Shown here: positions 35,155 to 44,401 of the stretch, piece after piece
Position numbering within the stretch: the first letter of the stretch is position 1
Layout of the letters: each line of letters starts with the position of its first letter
NCBI GenBank assembly: GCA_946965045.2
Contig: OX337239.1
Span: 2,604,001 to 2,668,000 of the forward strand
Direction of reading: 5' to 3'
From: Epithemia pelagica
Lineage: Eukaryota > Protista > Bacillariophyta
DNA: 64,000 nt
Program-made: the position numbers and the translations under genes
The notes under the pieces: model-generated
Told to the model about the DNA's origin: nothing
What the model saw: only the letters and a program-made list of their open reading frames with translations
Databases searched by the model: none

Positions 35155-36120
35155 CTCACACAGCCGGGGAGACAGACAAGGCAGTGGACGAGACGACAGT
35201 CTCTCACACAGCCGGGGAGACAAACGAGGCAGCGGACGAGGCGACCACAGAACAGTGCACGACGTGAAGCACTGCTATTTCTAGAGATAAAGGAACTGCG
35301 TAGGTGATGTTTTTTATAGTTGATTGCTGGCTGCTATTCGGAGTCTCGGGGAGACAGACAAGGTTGCGGGGAGACAGACAAGGCAGAAGACGAGGCGAAA
35401 GTTTCTCGCCTTTGGAGTTGTTCTTGTTGTTGTTGTTGTTGTTGTGATTTGTGGCACTGGTGGTAGCCGAGGGGTTGGTAGTACAATACTCTTGTTGTTG
35501 TTGTTGTTGTTGTTGTTGTTTTCCGTCGATGGTGACACAGCCGGGGAGACGAACGAGGCAGCGGCCGAGGCGAAAGTTTCTCGCCTTTGGAGTTGTTCTT
35601 GTTGTTGTTGTTGTGATTCGTGGCACTGGTAGTAGCCGAGGGGTTGTTAGTACTCTTGTTGTTGTTGTTGTTGTTGTTGTTGTTTTGCGGCGATGGTGAC
35701 CCAGCTGGGGAGACAAACGAGGCAGCGGCCGAGGCGAAAGTTTCTCGCCTTTGGAGTTGTTCTTGTTGTTGTTGTTGTTGTTGTGATTCGTGGCACTGGT
35801 GGTAGCCGAGGGGCTGTTAGTGCTCTTGTTGTTCTTATTCTTGTTGTTGTTGTTGTTGTTGTTTTCCGACGATGGTGACACAGCCGGGGAGACGAACGAG
35901 GCAGCGAACGAGGCGAAAGTTTCTCGCCTTTGGAGTTGTTGTTGTTGTTGTTGTGATTCGTGGCACTGGTGGTGGCCGAGAGGTTGCTGGTACTCTTGTT
36001 CTTGTTCGTATTGTTGTTGTTGTTGTTGTTTTGCGACGATGGTGGTTGTGATCCTCACACAGCCGGGGAGACAAACGAGGCAGCGGACGAGGCGAAAGTT
36101 TCTCGACTTTGGAGTTGTTG
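35155..36120. repeat. Composite tandem array (~165-180 bp units) with embedded (GTT)n tracts
   Basis: Core CAGCCGGGGAGAC.AACGAGGCAGCGG.CGAGGCGAAAGTTTCTCG at ~35161, 35209 (both partial), 35365, 35538, 35702, 35881 and 36060. Confidence 0.92.
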
Positions 36121-36398
36121 TCGTGAAGCGCTGCGATTTCTCGAGATACAGGCGCCGCGTACGTGATGTTTTTTGATAATCTGTTTATGACATACCTATG
36201 CTATCGATCTGTCGCATTACATCACGTACCAGCGGCATGTGACGGCTATGGTGACCTGAAGCGGTGGCAGTTGTTTTCGTTTTCGAATACCATCACGAAA
36301 TTATGTGAGGAACCGGAAAACTCCACCGCGTCCGCACCGCTAGAGTACTATGAGATAATTTGTACTGCCAAAAAAGGGAGTATTGGCAAGATTTGTAC

Positions 36399-36449
36399 AC
36401 AATTTTTGTACTTTAATAGACTAGGTATGGGGCGCGCGAAACCAGCTTG
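36399..36449 (-). repeat. Right TIR (followed by TA at 36450-36451)
   Basis: Reverse complement of the left TIR; ends GAAACCAGCTTG|TA. Confidence 0.85.
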
Positions 36450-36854
36450 TATGCCCAGATCCATGGACCAGCCCTAAGGAAAAATTCACAATTGCCTGAA
36501 ATCCGAATGGGTAGTCATCGATGGCTTTTCCCCTAATACGAGTACTCGTATGGTCATTCTGAGCATAGCATATCTGGTTGGGAAGGATGCGTCTCCATTA
36601 TTTGACCAACGCTCAACGCGATATTATTTTGGGATCGACACAACCATTGAAACACCGACCATCCAAGACAGCCAGCGGCCCGATCCGATCTCGTGGACAG
36701 TTTCTTCGTACCCTCTCATTTTCATTTTGTCGTGGGGACCGATTGTTTGTTCAGTGACTTGCTCAACTACTCTCTCGTGTTTGCAAGGATTCCTTGTTTG
36801 TTTTCATTTTTTTTTTTGAGGAAAGGCAGCAGCAACGTACAATCATTATCAATC

Positions 36855-37214
36855 ATGGCGAGCTTATCCAGCATGTTGGAATCGCACAACAACTCCTCCG
36901 CGTCGTTGCGAATGGATGGTGCGGAAACAGTCAACATTACTGTAAGCACCGAAGATTCTCGAATCAAGGGCATTAACAAGACAAACAAGTCCAGTCGTCG
37001 AGGAGGGAAACGATCCAAGGTCAAGAAGCAAGCATCCTCCTCGTCTTCGGCGACTTCGGACGATGATGGTAGCAGTGGAGACGATGACAACCATCATCTC
37101 CGATCGTCGTCGTCCTCCTCTTTGGATGAGGACTCACAGCGACGACGAGAACAACAAGCAGCCATGTATCAACAACATATGAAACTCATGCAACAAAAAC
37201 TGGATCAACAATAA
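36855..37214 (+). CDS. Short S/D/Q-rich ORF, possibly the 5' part of a decayed gene
   Basis: 119-aa low-complexity ORF followed by an out-of-frame continuation (37235..37552); no recognisable domain. Confidence 0.25.
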   Translation: MASLSSMLESHNNSSASLRMDGAETVNITVSTEDSRIKGINKTNKSSRRGGKRSKVKKQASSSSSATSDDDGSSGDDDNHHLRSSSSSSLDEDSQRRREQQAAMYQQHMKLMQQKLDQQ

Positions 37215-37415
37215 TAAGACTACGAATACCTATATTGGATTTGGATGACAAACGTGATGCAACCCAAGAGCCGCAGCACACGACTGACTGTGAACCGAGT
37301 GAGGTTGTGTGGGCATGGTTCTATTCGGCAAGTGACACTGAAACGACCCTTGGAACTCGAATGGGCGGACACAAGGTGAGCCGAGGAAGGTACCAATCCG
37401 GTACACCGCACGTCC

Positions 37416-37523
37416 CTGTAGCGAATTCGTTTTCCCCATGCATCGAGCTATTTGGCATCCATTCTTCATCTGTAGCGAATTCGTTTTCCCCATGCATCGA
37501 GCTATTTGGCATCCATTCTTCAT
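37416..37523. repeat. Perfect 54-bp tandem duplication
   Basis: CTGTAGCGAATTCG...ATTCTTCAT at 37416-37469 and 37470-37523. Confidence 0.95.
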
Positions 37524-39128
37524 TTTACGCTATTATTTCTGCTCTGAGTTGAGAACAGGATCATGAACAAACGTAGACCCAATGATAAAATAAGATATCG
37601 GAAGGAATAAAATGTAGACTGTACGACTGCAAGTTTGGTTGGGAGTCAACAAGAACAACGCGGAGGATAAGACACATGGTATGAGATTGTGACAAGACCT
37701 CCATGCTGTGCTCCATCCCATCAAGATGGAAACCATGGTCAAGTCCCATCCCCATCCGGTGTGTTGCCAAGACCCGGTGGACCTACTATTAGGTATAGGT
37801 ACAAGCCCACGCATTCCCCTTTTCGTTCCACGATTCTTCATCCCGGTATCAATATAGATTAGACGAGTAAGGATCCCACAAACTGGAACGCAAGACTCTA
37901 CATCCCATTAATGCTCTCGCATTGAAATTCTACCAGAGCTACCTCTCTGGAGTTGTGGGGGAAATGAGCCCCCCACCCCAACCCCCCACCCCAATTTCGA
38001 AAGCGCGCACCGATGCCGTGGCGGGTCGATTCGGAACGGATCTCGATGCGTTTTCGTACGACCCATCATCTAAGTAATTGTTAGAATGATGCGCGCGCCA
38101 TGGTTTTTGCAAGAGTAATTAGACGTTCCTGTTTCGGTCCTACGTGGCAAACTACGTCCAAATAGAGACATCGGACGGTGAGTTTTCTTACCTAACGCCT
38201 CCTTTCTTAACTACTCATGTCACATTGGCCGAATCTGACGAAACCAAGGTCTATGTATTTCTGTTCTTCCGAAACTTTTGGCTCTTCGTTGTGTCCACAA
38301 TTTCCGTTCTGCACACACTCTTTCGCGCAAGTGTGTGCGCAGGTTGTTTGCACCCCGAAAACGATTCACTCCTCCGTCCTCATATCCCACAAAGAAAAGG
38401 GCGCGGAGGTTTTTTCACTGGATCGTTGGAGCCTTCCCTTGCCTTTGTTTTTCGTAGGGCGCACTCCAACGGCTCTTTCTCTTTCAACGGTCCATCCTTT
38501 CTCCCCCACCCACGCCGACCAAGCGGAGCACCACGATTCCTTCTAGCTAGAGACAGACGCAGTGCTCTCTGTGTATGTGCATGGTTGGTTGGCTTTGGTG
38601 CCCAAAAATCACCCGTTTGTGGGATACCAAACAACACGGAATCATAGAGAGGCTTTTTCGTGCACACCCAAGACAGGAGAGAAACAACCCAAACGACGGC
38701 GCGCCATCACGGTGCCATTGGGCAAACTACCGGACTCCAAAAACAAAACGGATCGATACAACCTTACAACAGAGAACTTTCAAGGAACGAGAAAAGGACG
38801 ACGCAACTTGGTCTTCCACATTGGACGGTGTTTGCCTGGAGCTTTGCCTTTGCAAAGTAGCGAAAACGCAGTGGAGGGAGGACCGAAATTCGTGAGACTG
38901 TCACAGTGGGAATAAACTCCGAAACAGGAACACAAGGCATTCTGGAAATCATTTGTTTGTCTCTTTTGGAAAGTCAAAGACTATCAGTGTCGAGAGTGAC
39001 GTGACAGGCAGGGTCATTCCGATCATCATTTATTGTACCATAGGGACACGTCTCTTGACAACCACAACAACCTCAACATCCACTACTGCATCGTTTCGAG
39101 GCCTTTGATCATCCACAGTGCCATCAGT

Positions 39129-42100
39129 ATGGCGACTATTTTGGAAGATGTCGATATTTGCGTAACGTGCATTTCCGATCAACCACCACAATTGCCCTTG
39201 CGGGAAGAATTGCCAAGTTTGGGAGTCGAGGTCGTCTACCGGGCCAAGGGACAAGGAGTCAAAGCCAGTCAACAAGAGGTGCGGGAAAAAGTGCAACACT
39301 ATCGCCAACAGGAAACCACGCAGGATTTGACACCCACGCCCATTACGCACGCCTTGTTTGGATCACCCAACCTCAAACACATTCGAGCCAAACTAGCCGA
39401 ACGGAAACGAACCGAACGCATGCTCAAGGTTCCACATGCCTTGACCTATGAATCCTATACGGCCGCCTCACCAACCATTCCCAACGAACCTCCCATGGCG
39501 AGCAATCACATTCGAACGCGGTCTGACGAGGCCAAACAGGAAAAGGACGAACAACGTGGTGGAGGAGGCAGCAATGAATCGCAGTCCTTGAGACAATCTC
39601 CTCCCACTCCGGAACACTTTTACCATGATCTTGATGATGGAGTGGTCGTGGATGCAGTCCTGGGAAACCACGTTCATCATCCTTCGACCGTATCTTCTAC
39701 GTCTTCTTACTCGCATCAAGGTCGTGTTCGCGAGGAGGAGGACAAGACCTTATCGACACCCCCACCCGACAATGCAACCATCTCCACCACCACGACACCT
39801 CCGGATCCATTGCACAAGGACGATATGAGGGCGGCTGTGGTGGCCCCCGTGACGTCTCCCACTCTTCCCGACACTCCGACACGCATGCGGAAACACCGCA
39901 ACCACCAGTCCCCCTCCTCCCCGTCGCGCAAACACCAACCAGCTCAAGCACATGCCCGTATACCCTCTCCGAATCATCCGGTACTCCGCGCCGCCACGGC
40001 CACTCGAGCCACGGGCGCTCCGAACCAGCTGGTTCCAACCCACGAAACCGGCAACCCAACGACACCAACTCTTCCAGTCTCCACTCCCAATTTGGACCAT
40101 GACCAGATTGGGAACCAGAACACCAGCGACATCCAGAATGACAAGAGTGGTCCCACCAACAGCACTGGCGCAGCAACAGGAATGTTCCATCAGTACTATC
40201 CCATGGCCGAAGAGTTGCTGTGTCCGGCCATGAGGACTACAGAATTGCGTCCGAAACAGGTTCCCGAATCTTCCTCCAACAACAATGATCCAAGTACCAA
40301 CCTGCCAAACTTTTCCAATTTCACCAACAACAACTGCCAATCTGATTTCACCAACACCAACTGTCAAGCGCCCCAGGACGACGAGGAAATGATGGATCTG
40401 TTGCAGGCCGCCGCGAGTTCCTTGACAAGTTTTGGATCTTGGTGCAATCCCATTCCCAACCAGGGTCCCAATGGCCTGGACTCTCCCAAAATCTTGCAAA
40501 CACCGATGGGAAATCACTACATGGCTCCCATATCCCCCGAAGGACTGGAGCTCCCTAACTCTCCCTCGGCACTGGAAACAAACCCGGAGACAGAATCACG
40601 TTACGATCAGTTGTATGCGGCACCTGTCGACACTTTTAATGCAGGAAATGCCAAACGAGCAGTTCCCCTTGTAACGCATCTACCTCCCCCTCCTCCGCCT
40701 CCCCCGCCGCCTCCACAACAACAAAAACAAGAGCCGAACAAGGAACAACATCAAGATTCGTTGTCTGTCCAAAAAGCAGACAAACCGGAGACAAAGCGAC
40801 TGACGCAGATTGGACCACAACCAAAACCAAACGAGAAATTACCACCGTGGTTGAACTCCATGTCATCTTCTCCGTTATTTATTGCAGCCAAACAAAAGCA
40901 TCTTCAGCAACAACAAAAACAACAACAAGAAGAGCAAAAGGGACGAGAGAAAGAAGAAGCGCAACAGGAACAGGAACAACCAGAAGAGGAAGGGTCCAAA
41001 CACCCACAATCGCTTGCCACAGAAAAAGACACTCAGCGACACCAAGGAAAACCAGACAAACTTCCCAGAAAATGGCCTCCCCCGTCGTTTACAGCACAAA
41101 CGACAGATACCTCGACATCGGCATTAGCCGCAACCCTGAAAAACACTCGCTGTCATCGTCCTTCTCAAGACCAAGCAGATGCAAACAAGCGAAGTGTTTC
41201 ATCGCTTTTTGTTCAGAAACTACAAACGGACAAGGCACTGGAGAAGGACCAGCTGGCAGGAAAAGGCCACATGGAAAAGGAGAAAAAGACATGGAAGAAA
41301 AAGGAAGGTATAAGCTACCCAATATTTCAACCCCTAAAGAATATCTCCTCAACCAACAGGGCAAGTGCCAAGGGACCTGGTAAAATTGCGTCGGACACAT
41401 CTCCTCTTAACAACAACAGAACGACGACACAAACCCCTCCTCCTATTAAAAGGACGACGACACAAACTCCTTCTCCTAATAACCGGACAATTACATCAAG
41501 TGTGGAGCCCTTGTACAGCGAAAAATCGCTAGCTTCAAAGGACAATGAGGACAATGCTCTCCCGAGCAGCTCGGCACCACCATCCGTATCACCATCCACA
41601 TGGAAGTCACGTCGCATTGTGACGACGCAGTCGAAACGAAATCCAGAAGAAGAGAAAGAAGAAAAAGAACTCGATTTGCAAGGACAAAACCAACAGCAGC
41701 CAGTCGAAACTAAGACACCTTCCAATGAGCAATCCCCAAAGGAATCGACACCCCGGTCGCCATCTGGGACTCCTGCCACGGAACCTGACAGCGTTTCCCC
41801 CGTCCAATTTCAAAAGGTAGCTGTCGGGTTTAACCCGATCGCTTGTCCCACGAGAAACAAGGCTTCTCGCGAAAAGCTTTCGTTACGCGAATTGCTTGCT
41901 CGCGATCGAGCACCCCGAGGGACTCCCGCGACACCAGTACCATCCCCTCCCGATGCTTCGTCCGTACCGTGGGGACAACAACAACTTCGGTCACCACAGC
42001 CTCAACCGAAGCAATCTCCTCTCTCTCTATCGGAACCTTCCTTTTCTTCGGCCTCTCCATCACCGCTCCGTGCTCCAGGGAATGCAACACAATCAACTCC

Positions 42101-43016
42101 TCCCAGTGCCAATGCGGCGGTGGTTCCATTGAAAATCTCTGCTTCATTTGGTTCCCGAGTATCGCACCATTTCTTGTCACCCGAGACAAAGGAGGGTGAC
42201 AACACAGAATCATCACCATCCTCTTCTTTGGTTCCTCAAGAGGAGCAAGCGAATGCGAAACGAAAGTTGCACGGTCTTCTTCAACCCTCTTCCAGGACAG
42301 ACGAGCTTCCGAAGACTTCCCCGCGCACTGCAAGACTGTCTATCCCGACTCTCATCCCCGTAGAGGACGTCAAAGACAAGAGAAGAGAGGCAAAAAGAAA
42401 CTATGGACGAGCCAATCTTTCGCCAACCAACAGCGTCCAAACGACCATCAACACGAAACCAGAGTCACCAATGACAACAACAACAACCAACTCCCTTTCC
42501 AAGTCTCCCCTTGTGACATTTCATGAAGCCAAAAAGACAAGTGGTAGCATGCCCCATTCTCCTCCAAGTTCTCCTCTGTCGTCGTCCCGGTACATGAGCA
42601 ATAAGTACCGGGCCAAACCCATGTACGACGGAGACAGTCAACACCACCATGTCCCCGCACTGGTGAATGGTGGGCGTGGCAAGGCAGCATGGACTCCCAC
42701 TCCATCTCCCACACCTACGGCCGCCAGTACACCCGACCGTACATCTTCGACGTCATCCTCATTGGTCCTGACGACAGTTTCCTCCTCACATGCACCACCC
42801 TCTGTCGTAGAAGGTGCGCCACTAACAAAGGCCTCCACTCATCCTACCGTGTTGGAGGAGGGACGACCAGCACCGGCACAACTAGAAGCGTCATCCTCAG
42901 TCAACAAAACAGGCGATTCTCTTGCCCCTCTTTCAGCTACTACCAAAGGACCCCTTCCTCGTCGGTCGCCTGGTCGAGTGGCCCGCATGGTGGAATTGTA
43001 TTCCAAAGGCCAGTGA
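39129..43016 (+). CDS. Large P/S/T/Q-rich, probably disordered protein of unknown function
   Basis: Uninterrupted ORF (39033..43016 in the track); short ordered N-terminal segment and C-terminal GRVARMVELYS. Confidence 0.7.
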   Translation: MATILEDVDICVTCISDQPPQLPLREELPSLGVEVVYRAKGQGVKASQQEVREKVQHYRQQETTQDLTPTPITHALFGSPNLKHIRAKLAERKRTERMLKVPHALTYESYTAASPTIPNEPPMASNHIRTRSDEAKQEKDEQRGGGGSNESQSLRQSPPTPEHFYHDLDDGVVVDAVLGNHVHHPSTVSSTSSYSHQGRVREEEDKTLSTPPPDNATISTTTTPPDPLHKDDMRAAVVAPVTSPTLPDTPTRMRKHRNHQSPSSPSRKHQPAQAHARIPSPNHPVLRAATATRATGAPNQLVPTHETGNPTTPTLPVSTPNLDHDQIGNQNTSDIQNDKSGPTNSTGAATGMFHQYYPMAEELLCPAMRTTELRPKQVPESSSNNNDPSTNLPNFSNFTNNNCQSDFTNTNCQAPQDDEEMMDLLQAAASSLTSFGSWCNPIPNQGPNGLDSPKILQTPMGNHYMAPISPEGLELPNSPSALETNPETESRYDQLYAAPVDTFNAGNAKRAVPLVTHLPPPPPPPPPPPQQQKQEPNKEQHQDSLSVQKADKPETKRLTQIGPQPKPNEKLPPWLNSMSSSPLFIAAKQKHLQQQQKQQQEEQKGREKEEAQQEQEQPEEEGSKHPQSLATEKDTQRHQGKPDKLPRKWPPPSFTAQTTDTSTSALAATLKNTRCHRPSQDQADANKRSVSSLFVQKLQTDKALEKDQLAGKGHMEKEKKTWKKKEGISYPIFQPLKNISSTNRASAKGPGKIASDTSPLNNNRTTTQTPPPIKRTTTQTPSPNNRTITSSVEPLYSEKSLASKDNEDNALPSSSAPPSVSPSTWKSRRIVTTQSKRNPEEEKEEKELDLQGQNQQQPVETKTPSNEQSPKESTPRSPSGTPATEPDSVSPVQFQKVAVGFNPIACPTRNKASREKLSLRELLARDRAPRGTPATPVPSPPDASSVPWGQQQLRSPQPQPKQSPLSLSEPSFSSASPSPLRAPGNATQSTPPSANAAVVPLKISASFGSRVSHHFLSPETKEGDNTESSPSSSLVPQEEQANAKRKLHGLLQPSSRTDELPKTSPRTARLSIPTLIPVEDVKDKRREAKRNYGRANLSPTNSVQTTINTKPESPMTTTTTNSLSKSPLVTFHEAKKTSGSMPHSPPSSPLSSSRYMSNKYRAKPMYDGDSQHHHVPALVNGGRGKAAWTPTPSPTPTAASTPDRTSSTSSSLVLTTVSSSHAPPSVVEGAPLTKASTHPTVLEEGRPAPAQLEASSSVNKTGDSLAPLSATTKGPLPRRSPGRVARMVELYSKGQ

Positions 43017-43475
43017 CCACGGAACAATGAAATTTCTTGTCAACCTACTAGTTCACATTAGTTTGTTGTGGAATTCTGGAGCTATCAGTGTTGGGAGATT
43101 GTAGGCCTGTCACACTGGACAACAACATAGTCCATCGCTTGCATCGGTTTGAATAGTTTTTTTTGTGCGACACAGGAACCGTTCCGCACACACAGATAGA
43201 TCAACGTAATCGCCATGTTATGTACAGGAATAGGTCGTTGTGATTGTCAGGGATGAGTCTGTGTGGTAGGAAAGATGGAAAGATGTGTCCTGCAACTTCC
43301 GGTAATGGACTCAAAACGTACGAAATCTTCCTACTTCTCAGAGTATCGTCACGATAAAACAACCGTTTTCATATTGCGTTATCACACACCAATAGCTCTG
43401 ATATGATCATATTAGATACAGATTCTTTTGATATGAGGCAAGCATCCCGAGTCACGGATGTCGGGGGACATTGTA

Positions 43476-43788
43476 GATGTCTTTTGATGTCTTTTGATGT
43501 CTTTTGATGTCGTTTGATGTCGTTTGATGTCGTTTGATGTCGTTTGATGTTTTTATCGCCAAAGAAGCTCTACTCTCCAGCCGTTGGTATTCTCCAACAG
43601 AAAACACACGACTTGTTGACGACAGGCCCATCGCTGAATCAACTGAATGAGCACCGCTTGATTTTGACTCAAACCATGTTTGCGCGCGAGCCCGAAACGA
43701 CATCAAACGACATCAAACGACATCAAACGACATCAAACAACATCAAACGACATCCCTCACGACATCAAACAACATCCCTCACGACATT
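43476..43788. repeat. Foldback: two inverted arrays of a 10-mer around a 139-bp spacer
   Basis: (GATGTCKTTT)x8 at 43476-43555 and (AAACRACATC)-based x9 at 43695-43788. Confidence 0.92.
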
Positions 43789-44401
43789 CCCGTTTGTTCC
43801 ATACTAGAGAGATTGGGAAACCATACTCTATGGCTTCATTATACGTATTTTGTAATAATATCGATCCTTTGTCGAAGAAGTTCTTGGTCTTGTACTCTGG
43901 GTATTGCTAGCGGATATGGGACTCACGGGTAGTTACCGGAAGTTGCTGCCTACTCTACTAGAGGGCTCAAGCAGATGCTACCCACATAGCAATTGCTTCC
44001 AAACACACAAACCAAACCGCTAGGGCGTCATGATAGCGACGAGTATCCACTCTCGAGCGCATCCACCTTACTTAAAGTCAATGATACTAATAGTTCGACA
44101 ACCTTTTTCCCGATGAGTTGTCATGACCGCACCAAAGTCACAGCACAGGATTTAATTGGCAACCTATGCAACAACGCAATAGATCCAAAGGACGCAAGAG
44201 ATAAAAGAGGTTCGTCTCGGTTGAGGATATCGATCGGAATCAGTCTCCCTTTCTCTGTCTTTGTTTCGATCGAGGTGGAACTTTGATCTTTGTTGGAAAC
44301 GTTGGTTTTCGCAGAGTCCTTTGCATATATTCTCTTGCGGTCATTTTCCTTGTTTGTTGCTGTCGGTGGGAAACAACACGTCTTGAGTTTGGGAAAGCAC
44401 C

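Larger units (their letters stand above)
27501..36449 (-). mobile_element. Large (8,949 bp) Tc1/mariner-IS630-like TIR DNA transposon with cargo genes
   Basis: TA|CAAGCTGGTTTC ... GAAACCAGCTTG|TA termini, ~51-bp imperfect TIRs, and an internal intact DDE transposase. Confidence 0.8.

Noticed and set aside
35155-36120. CRISPR-like appearance (conserved blocks with variable spacers)
   Set aside because: The spacers are (GTT)n microsatellites and repeated blocks, not unique sequences; there are no cas genes and the context is eukaryotic.
35204-36176. ORFs of 284, 128 and 102 aa across the array
   Set aside because: They are by-products of triplet repeats lacking stops, with no coding signal beyond the repeat unit.
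38144-38915. Possible spliced gene upstream of the 39129 ORF
   Set aside because: Splice-like signals are present, but I could not build a consistent reading frame or recognise a domain.
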